From Mobula hypostoma (lineage: Eukaryota), in NCBI RefSeq assembly GCF_963921235.1, contig NC_086108.1:55120001-55184000 (forward strand): a stretch of 64,000 bases of DNA, in the 5' to 3' direction. Each line of letters opens with the position of its first letter. Position 1 is the stretch's first letter. The notes under the pieces were generated by a model. It saw only the letters and a list, made by a program, of their open reading frames with translations, was not told the DNA's origin and ran no database searches. Below, piece by piece: positions 1 to 12,749 of this stretch. A program made the translations under genes and the position numbers.

Positions 1-147
1 GGGGGACTTTGGGGTTCTAATGTTTAACTGTCATTCATTCTTTGGGGCACTTCTCTGTTTTTGTGGATGGTTGCAAAGAAAAGGCATTTCAGGATGTATA
101 TTGTATACATTTCTCTGACATTAAATATACCTTTGAAACCTTTGAAA
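1..147 (+). mobile_element. 3' end of a Rex1-type or non-autonomous retroposon, cut by the window start
   Basis: Ends in ATTAAA followed by a (CTTTGAAAC)-like tail. A related tail (ATAATAAATGTACTTTGAAACTTTGAAA) occurs at about 37420-37447. Confidence 0.5.
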
Positions 148-332
148 TTACATGGACTGATAGCCCTTTGTATTACTTAGATAAAGTTCAATTTTTGAAA
201 TGTTTTCTAGTCCTTATCTTGATCCTATCATGACTTGAATGTGATAGTGCCTGCCTATAATCTTGATGAACAATTAATAATTAAGCAGTTATCATCTACC
301 TGTCAAAAGTTAAATAAATTACACTTGACATT

Positions 333-667
333 TATTAGATTATATTAGATTAGGTTCAACTTTATTGTCATTGTGCTTACAGATACAACGCCAATGAAAT
401 GCATTTAGCATCTGACCAGAAATGCAAAGAATAGTGTTATTTACAAAATAACTGTGAATAAAAAAAGTGCTACAGCACACAAATATAAAAGTACGGAGAC
501 AGTACAATACGGATGCAATACTGCTTAGTGCTGTGATGAGAGGTTCAGCAGTGTCACAGCCTCAGGGAAGAAGCCCTTCCTGTGCCTGCTGGTGCGGGAG
601 CGGAGGCTCCTGTAGTGCCTACTGGATGGGAGGAGAGTAAAAAGTCCATGGTTAGGGTGAGATGCAT
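333..667 (-). mobile_element. Rex1/Babar LINE 3' fragment
   Basis: (TCTAA)n-like tail and AATAAA on the minus strand. Remnant RT C-terminal sequence (HPNHGLFTLLPS..., FFPEAV). Confidence 0.65.
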
Positions 668-2149
668 TTATAAAAGAACAAAGAAGTATTCCCAGACACA
701 TTGTTATTTAACTAGAAGTTTACAAAAGTAGCAGCTTATTATCTTCAATCATCTTCCTGCTAGTTATTTTCACAATATACATGCACATACAGTACATGTA
801 TATACAGTATTGAGAGAGAGAGAGAGATGATGTACTTTGGGAAGTCAAAAAGGCATAGGGTACTAAGGAATGGTGATGAATCTTGATGTTCAAGTCCATT
901 GTTTGCTGAAAATGGCAACCCTGGTAAATAGAGTGATGAAGAAGGCCTGTTCCTGCGATGTATGGCTTTGTCACTCTAAATAAACATACTTCTGCACTTC
1001 AGTAAGGGAAATTACAGAGATGAATTAAAAATGACAATGGGAAACTCTCTGTAAAATTCTCGTCATTGTATTTTGGAACCTGACACTTCAGCTTGTATAG
1101 AAAATCTGAGTCTAAGTTCTGATCTAGCTAAATTAAGGTATTTGCTTCATTTTTAGCAACTGGCATTCATTGATAATGAATAGTTGTTGCAGACACAAGA
1201 AGCGGTAGATATTGGAAACCGGAGCAGAGGAAACACTGAGGAACACAGCAGGCAATGCAGGATCTGGAGGGAAATGCATATTCGATGTTTCAGGTTGAGA
1301 AACTTGATCTGGACTCTAAAATCTGTTCATTTTATGATGGGACAAACCTTAAAATTAATGTAGACAATAGACAGCTGTGCTGTTCACATATTTTAATATT
1401 TGGTGGATAGAATTATACATTTGCTTCTGATCATAATGATCAAATGTGCTAAAAATTCAGTAATTGAAATTGTTATTCAAGTACAATATTTGTACAATAC
1501 ATTTTGATGTAGGATATACACCTATTGTGTTATTGGCATGCCACTTTTTTTTAGCCTCTACACCTATTGAAGAAAATTAGCTGAGACTTTGTTATAATAT
1601 ATTGTTGCATATATACCTTTTGAAACACAGAATTCAGAAAATGTTTTATATTTTTCAATCAATTTATTTGCAATTGTTACTATTTTCTGTCTCTATAATC
1701 AGTCAAACTCATATTTAAATCTTCAAAATTTTTTCAAAAATTACGAAGTGTAAATGTGTGAATCTATTTAATCTAACCAGCTCATTCCTTTTGCAGGATT
1801 TCAACATTCTCTCCCTGGGTAATTCTTGATGGTTGTGGGATTATCTGTCTTCATAGTAACATGTTGGAGATAATTTTAAGTATATATACAGTAACGTGTT
1901 TCTTGCAGCAGTCCTAAGTTGCCACACCTTCCATACTTGGACTACTTCCAAGTTCAAGTTTATGTTTACTGTCATTCAACCATACGTATGTATCCAGCGA
2001 AATGAAACATCGTACCTCTGGGCCCAAGGTGGAAAACACGGTAAATATAGTTATGATCCAGCACATACAGTCACAAAATAATATTAGTACAAGTCTGGGT
2101 GGCATAAGCCTGAAGATTGATGGTGCGTGTAATGCTGTTCTGGAACCGT

Positions 2150-3246
2150 GTTTCTGTAGGAATACGCACCAGTCATCTACCCAGCAATGTGGAAAATGCA
2201 CAGGTATATCCTGTATACAAGAAACAGGACAAGTCTAATCTATCCAGTTACTGCTCTGTCGGCCTACTCTCAATCATCAACAATGTAATGGAAGGGGTCA
2301 TCAACAGTGCTATTATGCAGCACCTACTCGGCAATAACCTGCTTACGGATGCCAGTTTGGGTTCCATCAAGGCCACTCGGCTCCTGACCTCATCACCTCC
2401 TTGGTCCAAACATGGACCAAAGAGCTAAATACCAGAGGGGAGGTGAGAGTGATAGCCCTCAACGTCAAGGCAGCATTTGACTAAGCACGGCATCAAGGTG
2501 CCCTAGCTAAAATGGAGTCAATGGGAATTAGGGGGAAACCCTCCGCTGGTTGGAAGATGGTTGTGGTGGTTGGAGGTCAATCATCTCATCATCAGGGCAT
2601 CATTGCAGGAGTTCCTCAGGGAAGTGTCTTAGGACCAACCATCGTCAGCTGTTTCATCAATGACTTTCCTTCCGTCATAAGGCCAGAAGTGGGGATGTTC
2701 GCAGATGACTGCACAATGATGTGGACCATTCGTGACTCCTCAGATAGTGAAGTGATTCATACCCAGATACAGCAGGTGCTGGACAATATCCAAGCTTGGG
2801 CTGACAAGTGGCAAGTAACGTTCAAGCACCAAGCAATGACCATCTCAACAAGACAGGCTCTAACCATCGTCCCTTGACATTCAGTGGTATCACCATCAAT
2901 GAATCCCCTACTATCAACATCCTGGGGTTTACCATTAACAGGAAATCGAACAGGTCTAGCCATATAAACACCATGGTTACCAGGGCAGGTCAAATGCTAG
3001 GAATCTTGTGGCATTTAAATCACCTCCTGGCTCCCCAAAGCCTGTCCACCATCTACAAGGCTCAGGTCAGGAGGGTAATGGAATTCCCTCCCCAAATGCA
3101 CTGTGGGTGTACCTACATCTTCGGGCCTGCAACGGTTCAAGAGGGCAGCTCATCACCACCTTCTCAAGGCCAACTAGGGATGGGTAATAAATGCTGGCTT
3201 AGCTGGTGACACCCACATCCCGTAAATGAATAAACTTAAAAAAAAA
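2150..3246 (+). mobile_element. CR1-clade LINE, decayed RT and 3' end
   Basis: ORFs 2117-2428, 2512-2877 and 2808-3209 carry RT motifs (GVPQGSVLGPT, MFADD, IQAWADKWQV). Ends in AATAAA plus an A-run. Confidence 0.8.
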
Positions 3247-3867
3247 CACTAGTCCCAACCATGTGCTACAAATTTGCGTCAGAACTCTAATCATCACAAT
3301 CTTTATTTATAAACTACAGTTGTACTTATATCCTGCATTAAGTTCTTTGGCACTCATCACTGCTGTCTTCATGGAAGCTCCAATTAATGTAGGATTCGGT
3401 TTGCTTAATGACTTCAATTAAATTTGTTCAACAATTATATTACATGCTTGCCAAATAGCACTGAGTCTATGAATCTTAGTGCTAAGATGAATCCTTCAAT
3501 GAGGCTAATTATTCTCTAACAGACTCCTGATTCCTCATTTCAAAACTTTACTCCTGCATAATTTCTGGTAGCTTAGAACTGTATACCTTAGTCTAATATA
3601 TATGCTTCAGTTCAAAGAATGTCTTTCTGCAGTCCATTCTGGCATCATTTTGTGCTGGTATAATTTTTGTGCAGTTACTGTTCGATATCTGTTATACAAT
3701 ATGTAACTATTTGTCATGTGCATTTTATCTGATAATCTTTGGAATTAGTTTTTGCATGTTGATCCCAATTCTGGTTTTGGATCTTATCCTATATGCCCAT
3801 CCCCTCCCCGAACTTATTACCTCGTTCATTGATACCTTTCTATTTTCTCTGCACAAGTGTGCTAATA

Positions 3868-5025
3868 GAGAGGGTGGGCACAGTTCAGCTCAGCACGTCA
3901 AGGACACCAGCTTCCCTTCTGTGGACTCTGTCTGTATTTCTCACCCCCTCAGTAAAACAACCAGCAAAATCAAAAACCCATCCACGCCGGATATTCTGCC
4001 TTCTCCTTTCCCCCATCCGGCAGAAGATACAAAAGCATGAAAGCATGTACCACCAGACTCAAGGATTCAAAGACTCAAAGCACATTTATTATCAAAGAAC
4101 GTATAAATTATACACCTTGAGATCTGGTTGCCACAAAGCAAGAACTTCGAATGACCTAAATTAAAAAAAAGAAAGACCCAACACGACTGTGCAGAGAAAG
4201 AGGGAAAACAGAACACAAATCATACGAATGATAGAAGCAAGCCAACAGCACTCCAAAGCAGACAGAGCCCCAGATCGGCTTCCCGAACTTTCGTAGTAAA
4301 TCCAGGCCTTGGTCCCGGATCATCACACCAGCGGGGCAAAAACACCGAGCCCCAGATCCGCTTCCCAAACTGCCGGAGTAAATCCAAGCCTCGGTCCCAG
4401 ATCATCACACCAGCGGGGCAAAAACACCGAGCACCCAGGTCAGTTCACAGCCTCGGCACTGTGGAGCAGGAAAGAACATTTGTGGAAGAGCGAGTGAAAT
4501 CAGCCCAACCCTTGAGCTTTCAGTCTATCCATGCCAATGTTTAAATTGCCCAAGCACTGCGTACTGCCTCACTTTAGGACCTAGACCCTGGTGCCACTAT
4601 ACGCTGGGCTGCCCAGCCTGAAGCCATTCTCAATCTCACCAAATCGACTTGATGCTTGGAGCGGTCCAACCTTGCACCTGGGTTAGGTGGTTGGGCATCG
4701 AAACTCTTCCACATTGATCCTTCTCCAAAATGCTCACTTCATCTCCAGCAGTGATACCAACTTTGCCTGCACCTACGCCACTGTTTTACCACTATAAAAT
4801 GGTTCCTTAGTATGATAGGAGAGACTCTTGACCGCCCAATCTACCTGGTAATATTTTTGCATGTCATTGTTTTTCTCCACTGCACTTCCTCTGTAGCTGT
4901 TACAGTTTATTCCACTTTTTTTTCCCTAATGCACTGTATACTGATTTGATTTGTATGAGCATTATGCAAGGCAAACTTTTCACTGTGTCTGGGTACATGA
5001 TGATAACAAACCAATTCCAATTCCA
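3868..5025 (+). mobile_element. Rex1/Babar 3' fragment, interrupted at about 4062-4790 by a minus-strand non-autonomous element
   Basis: Remnant Rex1 C-terminal sequence (KIKNPS..., YHQTQG). 3' tail ATAACAAACCAATTCCAATTCCA at about 5003-5025. The insert begins with a (TTCAAAG)-like tail and TTTATT. Confidence 0.6.
4265..4432. repeat. 82-bp tandem duplication (about 2 copies) inside the non-autonomous element
   Basis: The unit GAGCCCCAGATC...CAGCGGGGCAAAAACACC starts at 4265 and 4347. A third GAGC starts at 4429. Confidence 0.9.
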
Positions 5026-5365
5026 TCTTCTATTAAATGGTTACTTTAAAATATGTCAGCCAGACAGAAACAGCATTGAAAATTTGGCTTGAAAGTAGAA
5101 AGTGCAACTTCAGCACAATGGTCTTTGGTCGTCATTTTACATAGTCCATAGTTCTTAGTTCATCATTGCTACTTGTCACTGGACAGTGCTTTGGCATATT
5201 GGCATAAGGCCGACTCTCATTCTTAGTTCTCCCACTACTTCTCTTCTCAGCTGATCCACCAACTTTTTCTAAGTCAGTAAAAAATCCAATTTTTAAACTC
5301 TTGGATTTATTTGTATCAAATAACACGTGGCATTGTACTGTCCACTGAAAACATTGCCTAGTTCC

Positions 5366-5517
5366 TGTGGCATTCAATCCTGAGGGAGAGTGCAGAGCAC
5401 ACCACGACCCCAGCCTTGCAGGATATTCAGCTGAACTTTATCAGTAACACTACTTGTACAGCATGTGGGAGAGGCTAACTGTGTGGCAGAAGGATAACAT
5501 TATTAACTACCACTACA
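5366..5517 (-). repeat. 3' LTR of the Gypsy element
   Basis: TG...CA ends. Shares CAGCCTTGCAGGATA-TCAGCTGAACTTTAT and TATTAACTACCACTACA with 10547-10712. The PPT (AAAAAGGGAGA on minus) is adjacent at about 5518-5528. Confidence 0.85.
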
Positions 5518-8500
5518 TCTCCCTTTTTGGAAAAAAAAGCATAACTAGAATGTACTTCTTGTCCAAAGAACTACATTGAAATTATAGTCACTGAAATTGA
5601 GTGATTGAGTTCACTTTACCCAGAGTATGTAACTTATGTACTTTACATAAACATAAAAAAGGATTGCCAACCTGCTGTCTCTGGTCTCTCTTTGTTTTTA
5701 ATGGTCTCTCTCACTTTGTTTTCCTCCTTTGTCTTCACCAATTCCTTTTTTAAGAACAGTCTCATACAATGTTTTCAACATTAGAACTCTTTTTAAAAAA
5801 GAACACTAAATCCTATGGGGGTCAGGATAGACTATTTGAACACTCCAGCATTGTGAGAGGGTTATTCTGTCTCTTTAGTCACTTGCCCTAAATTATTAGT
5901 CTATGGAGTAGATTTCTGTGGTGGGACAGATAAATGACCATATCTAGTATAGGTTCTTGGAAGTGTTGGAGCGGATGGAGATTCTTCAACAGGTGCATCC
6001 ACCTCAGGCAAGTGGTTCTTGTCATAAGGATCGGGCCACTCTATTTCTTTCTCTACCTTTCATGGACTTTGAAGGTGTAAAAGTGCAGACCTGTTCCACT
6101 TGATCTCACCTTGTGATGTTCTGATCATAAACGATTGTGATGTCTGCTGCCGGACTATTGTTCCGTTGGTGAATACCTCAACAGCTTCACCACTCCAAAG
6201 CAGCGACAAAGATTTTTCTCTGTGTCTGAGATCATGCACGCTCTTTGTTTTCTCAAGCTGTATTGTCTCAAAATTTCTCACTTTGTCTAAATTTGGTAAG
6301 TGGAGTTGTAGAAGGGAAGAAAGAACACAGGCTTGTTCTCAGTCTCTGGCTCATTGACAGTTCTGATGGACTATAACCATTTGCAAGAAGTGTGAAGTGA
6401 TAAGCAAGCAGTGGTATTTTGGCTTCAGTAGAAGATTCTTAAGAGTTTGCACTGCTCTTTCCACTTCTTCATTTACCAGTGGACTGCTTGTCTGGTGTTT
6501 GAACTCATAGTCCCTAGCAAAGGCCTTGAATTCTGAGTAGCTGAATTATGGATCATTGCCTGACACAAGGGTCTCTGGTATTCCATGGTGAGTGAATACA
6601 GGTTTCAGGTGCTGTATAACTGCTGCTTAGGATGTGAGGACAGTTTAGACATTCCATGAGTAGTAATCCACAGTGAGAAGATATTTGTCTCTTCTCAGCT
6701 CAAAAATGTCTGTGCCTGCAACTTGCCAAGGAAGGTCTGGGAATTCTGTGGGACAGAAAGGTTCAGCATGAATTTTGTGCCACTGTCTGCATGTTTCACA
6801 TTGCTTTACATAATCCCAGCTGTGTGCTCATACCAGGCATCCACACAGATTGCCTTGTCTTAGGTGACACACTTCAATGCCTTGATGTCCTAGGTGGATT
6901 TGACTGATGATCTTGGCATATGTAGATTCAGAAATGATGAGTCTAGGGGCCTTTAGCAGCAAACCATCAAGAGTGGTGAGTGTGTCTCTTTCAAGCCAGT
7001 AAAGTCTAAATTTGTGAAATCCTTTTGGAACAGCTGGCCATCCATGTTCACAGTACTGCATGACCTTGCTGCAGATTTCGTTCCATTTACTTTGTGATGC
7101 AGGAAAACTTTCACGAACCTGAGCTAAGTAGATGTTGATATCTTCCATGAGGGTAGAATCAGCTTCTGTCCACTCACTCACAGAGTGTCTGGTGTTGTGA
7201 AAGATTTGCCAGGGACATGTTGAATGTTATAACGGTATCGCATCTGCATCATTCTGAATCTTTGCGGTTGTGGAGGCAAGTCATCCAAGTGTTTAGAGCT
7301 GAGGAGGCTGACAAGTGAGTTGTGGTCTGTTTCAAGTAGGAATTTCATGCTTATCAAGTAGCAGATGATGTGTTCACAAGCCCACAGTAGTGCCTGCATC
7401 TCCTTTTTGATTTGGGAGTAACACTGTTCAGTAGGAGTCAATGCCCTTGATGTATATACCACCGATTTCCATACACCACTGCAGTATTGCATGAGCACTC
7501 CCCCTAGGCCAAAGGAAGAGGCACCTGATGAGACCTTGGTTGCTTTGTTCAGATCAAAGAATTCCAATGTTGGTGGAGAGATGAACTCTGCTTTAAGTGA
7601 TGAGAATGACTTCCCCTGTGGTGTGTCCCAGGTACAAACGTTCATTTCAGCTTTGTTTCTATGCCAAATCTGGAATGAACATTTCCAGCTGGTTTGCCTT
7701 GCCAAGGAAACTGCAGATCTCTGATATGTTTGTAGGTTGTTCGATGTTCTGAATTCCAGCCAGTTTGTTTGAATTTGGTTTTACTCCCTGTGAGGATAGT
7801 TGGTGGCCGAAGAACTTCACATCCAACTGCAAATTCACATATCTTTTTGTTCAGGGCGATTTCAGCCTGTTTCAGTTTCTCTAAGGCAGCTTTCACTCTT
7901 TTTGTCTTGTTCCTCATTTGAGCTTCTGAAGATGAGAATATTCTGCATGTGGGACACTACTCCTTCCAGTCTCGCCAAAATTTGGTTCATCCTCATGGGC
8001 TGATGAGATGCCAAAAGAGAGTGTCTTAAAGGCATAGCATCCATATGATGTGATAAAAGTTGTGAGCTTCTGTGACTCTGGAGCTAAACAATCTGCCAGA
8101 ACCTTGAGTTTGCATCTAGTTTGGTGAAAACTTTGCTCCACCCAGCTTACCCAATGTGTGCTCAACAGAGGGCAGAATAAATTTCTCCCACCTCACTGCA
8201 CTATTCAACTTTGTTAGATCAACACAAATCATCACTGTGCCGTCTGGCTTGGGAACAGGAACAATACCCACACACCAGTAAGTAGGTCCATTCGCTTTAG
8301 TTATGACGTCAACCACTTCCACTCTCAAGTTCAGCTTTGATTTTGTTCATCAATGGGACTGGTACACACCTTGCTGTGGTCAGAGAGTAGGGCGTCACTC
8401 CTGGCCTCAGCTGAATAAAGTACTCTTTGTTCAGCACCCCCAGACCTGTGAAAAACTCTGGGTACTTCTCCTGCCACTGGACATGGTTTAGCAAATCCAA

Positions 8501-8681
8501 CCTTGCAATGAGGTTCCATTTCTTGATGGCCTATCATCCCAGCAGTGGTGAGAAGAGATTCTGAACAACATACATAATTTTTTTAAAACTGTTTTTCATT
8601 TTTATAGATGGGGGAAAGTAAACATTCCTTTCATACTCAGCTTATGTTTCCCTGGCCCCATGAGCACTTTCTTTGTTGGGC

Positions 8682-9167
8682 TGTGAGGACGCTGAAGCAG
8701 GGACCCAATTGCAGACCGAGTACTGTGCACACTGTGATATTCACTGAGTAGCAAATCCAGAGGGGCAACGAAATCAGTGTCAAAGTTCAGGCAGAGATCA
8801 AAAATTCCAGAGAAATCCAAAAAGCCGGAATCGACAGAGAGACAGCTGATACAAATGCTAGAACAGCTCAGGAAAACTCACTGGCACAATCTGATGAAAA
8901 CACAGGACTGAAATACACTGAGCAATAAACAGAGAGGCAGATGATAGGTGGAGCACAATGAGACAGAAGTGGCAGCAAAATGGGTAACAATGAGAAACGG
9001 GTGAGAGGCAGAGTACTCAGTAATACAGGGGCTGGAGTAGAGCAGAAGCAGAGACAGGAACACATGGGGCATGGAAGCAAACAAGAGCACATGGCAATAC
9101 AAAACCACAGACTGATGGCTAGGGGGAAAACACACAAAAAGACAGAGTTCAACTGGAGGTAATGACA
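8682..9167. mobile_element. Solo LTR inserted in the Gypsy gag/protease region
   Basis: TGTGAGG...AATGACA termini, 486 bp. Flanked by TGGGC (8677-8681) and TGGTC (9168-9172), a 5-bp TSD with one mismatch. Purine-rich internal repeats. Confidence 0.75.
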
Positions 9168-10530
9168 TGGTCTTAGCATAACGACTGTTTTCTTCACCAG
9201 TTTTGTGAACAGACATTCATGGATGGCTGTGATTATCTGTTCTAGTGTTCATTTTAAACATCACTGCCTCATTTTGTAACTAAACCATAGTAAAGCAGCT
9301 TTGTCTATTTGAATCTAGAGCCCCAAGAAAAGCTCTTTTTCGTCTGAATCATGTCTTCTTTGACCTTCTGAACTGTTTTGAGTGACTCTGATTTTTATAA
9401 TGGCCAACTCTATTGCATTGGTGGTATTTCACTTCTTTTGCTGGACAGAGCTCTTTAGATGGGGAATGGAGACTTGCCACATCTCCTGCAGTTGGACATT
9501 TTACCTGCTCTTTGTTTCACTTGTCTGTTTTATTTGAGCTGAGCTCTACTGTCACCTCCTTCCCGTAGTCTTTCTGACTGCACCTCATTTGTACCCTTCT
9601 TTTTGTGCAGCTTCTAGCTTTACCTCAGCATCCTTTTTTGTGCCTGAGATCTGCCTGTTGCTGATGAACATTCTCACTCTTTCTGACTATAGTGATAGTT
9701 TTCTCTAGCGTGAGATTTGCCTGCAACTGAAGTCTCTCTGACAATTTGGTGTCTAGTAGCCCAACAACAATCCGGTCTCTAATGAGCTCATCTCTCAGGT
9801 TTCCATTTGCACAGTGGTCTGACAATGCTGTGATGAAGTCATTTACACTTTCATCTGGCTCATGTTTTCTGGAGTTGGACTTTGCCCCCTCTTGTATCAC
9901 ATTTCACTTTCTTGTGAAATATTCTTTGAATTTGTCCTGCACTGTTTTGTACTTCTTTTTCTGAGTATCTGTCAGTCCTAATCCACCCATGATTTCATCT
10001 GCTTTGTCTCCCATGCAGTATTTTAGTGTGTTTACTTGATGCTCTTTTAAAGCCTGAATGAGATTGCTTGCATCCGAGCCATCTCTCAAAGTCCCATGGT
10101 TTAGAGAAATTTAATGTCTCTGGGGCTTTATTTGGTAAGTAGATGTAGATACTGCAGGTATTTGCTCCATTTTCCTGTTTGCTTATTTATTATTTTATTT
10201 ATTTGGACTACAAAAATTTTGTTCCTTTCTCTCCCTGAGAGTTTGACTGACTTCTGTGCTGTGTCTGTATCTCTGTGTACTTCCCCAGGCTAGTGGCCCA
10301 CAGATTATTACAATGTATCCACTTGTGTGTGCAACTTGAAGGCATTGGTTAGCAACCCTGGCCCGTTCTCAGGTCTTGCCTCATGATGCATACAATTTAC
10401 AATTAGCAGAGGCTGTTTTGGTTGATAAGTCTCTGGATATTTTTCATCGATTATATATGAACAGGTTTACAGTAAATACTTTCTTGTTGGGGATTTCACT
10501 TGGTCTGTGGCACCAATCCATTGATGGTCA

Positions 10531-10546
10531 TCCACTTCTGACACCA
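10531..10546 (-). promoter_or_regulatory. Primer binding site complementary to the tRNA-Leu 3' end
   Basis: Minus strand reads TGGTGTCAGAAGTGGA immediately after the 5' LTR. This matches the complement of the vertebrate tRNA-Leu(CAA) 3' end (...CCACTTCTGACACCA). Confidence 0.85.
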
Positions 10547-10712
10547 TGTTGTGTTCGATATTAAGGGATAGTGTAGATTACATCGAGATGTCAGCCTTGC
10601 AGGATAGTCAGCTGAACTTTATTGATAGCCCTGCTTGTACAATATGTGAACTCCTCCCATGAGAAAGTGGCTACTGAGTGGAATAGGAATAACACTATTA
10701 ACTACCACTACA
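10547..10712 (-). repeat. 5' LTR of the Gypsy element
   Basis: TG...CA ends, homologous to 5366-5517, abuts the PBS. Confidence 0.85.
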
Positions 10713-10760
10713 TATACCCTTTTTAAGCTCTAAGGTGAGGATCCAAGTATTTATGTACTC

Positions 10761-10841
10761 CAGGAGTTCCCAACCTTTTTTTATGCCATGGACCCCTACG
10801 ATTAACCGAGTGATCCGTGGACCCCAGCTGGGGAAACCGTG
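10761..10841. mobile_element. hAT (Charlie-like) MITE
   Basis: Imperfect TIRs CAGGAGTTCCCAAC / GCTGGGGAAACCGTG. The 8-bp flanks ATGTACTC / ATCTACTG match at 6 of 8 positions. Confidence 0.7.
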
Positions 10842-12484
10842 ATCTACTGTTTTTCTGGTCTTTGTGTACTGAATAAGAGACATTATTTTGAGCATTGATT
10901 TCAGGGAGGAGAACTAGGAGGCAAGCTGCAAAATCTGGAGCAACAAATGAAGCAAGAGAAATAATTAAAATCATCTTTCTTTCTTTGTTGCCAATGCCTT
11001 GGAGTGAAATATATTTTTGTTGAATTGTAAGACTGTCAGTCTACTTATTAAAGCAATACCGTCCATGTGAAATAAGAAAAATGTTTACCTTGTTCAAGAA
11101 GTAATTCCTGAGATGCACCTTTTCAGTGCCAGTGACAAGGCTTATTGCTTTTTATGGCTGGAGGTAGGTCAAGAAAAGTAGACCTCACGTAAATGGAGAA
11201 ATCAAGTCTTCATGCATTTGTATGATGAATTATGAATTAACAGACTATACCTCAGAGTCAGAATATCATTAACTATGAATATTGCAAATATAGTTACATA
11301 CAAGACATCACTACCTGCAACGGACTGCATTCATTCATTTTTTTCCCTGTTTCCTATACTTGAATTTCTAACTTAGAGCTGATCGAAGTCCACTGAAACA
11401 GCTGAAGAACTAGGGAGATAATGCACAATTTTAAACACAGGAAAAATTATTTCCCCTCACTTTTTTTAAACAATGGTGTTGAAGTAGGCCATAAGTGATG
11501 CAGAAAGGTTGGTGGAACCTAACACCACCTTGCGTAGTCACTATACATTGATGCATTGTCATTAAGTGTATGGATAGAACTCTTTTTAAGTGTTTGCTTG
11601 TAAAATCAAGTTACCAATGTTACATGGTGTATTGGAATAAGATCATTATAGGTATCTAATTCAAGAGATTGGTTATTGCTTTCACAGCAATAATCTTCCA
11701 TGAATGACTGTCTGCACAGTATCCTAGTAACACTTTAATTTGCTTGTATTTCTTTACGATTATGCAAGCATGACAAGTTTGATGCCAATGGAAATGATCT
11801 TTTCATGACTGATATAGATGGTATTTGTAAGTAGTTTTCCATCTGCCCTATGCTTTTCAGTTGGAGTCTGCAACAAATCAACAGCATTTAGCTAGGATAC
11901 ACTTACTGCTGTTAATGATTTCTCAAGAATAATAGAACCAATTCAGCCATTTATTGCAGCTTTACAGTTGAAGAGGCCACTCCTTGTACTACTATCAATA
12001 CTAATGGACTTTATGAAGACTTTATGTAATTTTGACAGTATATTGGTTGTAGAGATAGTGAAGTAAAGGTCTGTTAATTCTTATTAATGGAGAGCAATCC
12101 GTAATAGCCTAATAATGACCCTTCCAGGTTAAATTTCATTGACATAGCTACAAATATAAATTATGGAACATATTTTCTCAAGAGAAGATGAGAAAGAAGT
12201 TGGATCAATGCATTCAAAAGTTACATACACAATAGATAGCCAGAGAATGTTTTAACGTGGCTGATGCAATCATATTATATTTAAAGCAAGGCTGATGCTC
12301 CAAAGATGAGCTTGCAGTGTTGGCTGGAAATTCTGTGAGATATTAAAGAAATTGTAGGAGTTCGCAAAGAGTTGAGAGCTTGCAACATTGATTTCTGTTC
12401 TGTTCTCCAACTGCTTGTATTTACTTTGCTAAGGAGAAGGGAGTAAAACAAGTACTACTTTACAAGGGCAGTGTAATACTGAGT

Positions 12485-12680
12485 AACACACATAAAATGC
12501 TGAAGAAACTCAGCTGGTCAGGCAGCATCTATGGAGAGAAATAAACAGTTGACATTCAGACTGAGGCCCCAGGTCCTCATGGGGTTATTTCTCTCCATTG
12601 ATGCTGTCTGAGCTGCTGAGTTCCTCCAGAATTTTGTGTATATTACTCTGGATTTCAAACATCTGCAGAACCTCTTGTGT
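12485..12680. mobile_element. Palindromic element made of two inverted Penelope-like termini
   Basis: ATGCTGAAGAAACTCAGCTGGTCAGGCAGCATCTATGGAGAGAAATAA is followed by its approximate reverse complement TTATTTCTCTCCATTGATGCTGTCTGAGCTGCTGAGTTCCTCCAG. Confidence 0.7.
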
Positions 12681-12749
12681 TTACACACTTCAACGCTTGT
12701 GGGGCGGAAGGCCAGATTATATTGAGATGTTCAAAAGTGGGTGAACACC

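Larger units (their letters stand above)
5366..10712 (-). mobile_element. Full-length but decayed Gypsy/Ty3 LTR retrotransposon (gag-pol)
   Basis: Minus-strand fragments: gag (ELIRDRIVVGL), RT (ICVDLTKLN, FGISSA), RNase H (ASSFGLGGVL, LLETDHNSL) and integrase zinc finger (HLGHQGI). Two related LTRs, a PBS and a PPT are present. Many stops and frameshifts. Confidence 0.92.

Noticed and set aside
1797..1818. Possible plus-strand micro-exon (TTTTGCAG...GTAATT)
   Set aside because: No recognisable peptide. Such sites are expected by chance in 64 kb.
4265..4432. CRISPR-like array or functional repeat array
   Set aside because: Simple head-to-tail duplication with no unique spacers, in eukaryotic DNA. 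The same applies to 19499-19599 and 32170-32309.
5132..5377. Short ORFs in unique or antisense-to-TE sequence (this one and most of the 60-130 aa track)
   Set aside because: No recognisable domains. They are chance ORFs or antisense/frameshifted TE remnants.
11769..11826. Possible plus-strand exon (HDKFDANGNDLFMTDIDGI, donor GTAAGT)
   Set aside because: Weak acceptor and the peptide is not recognised.
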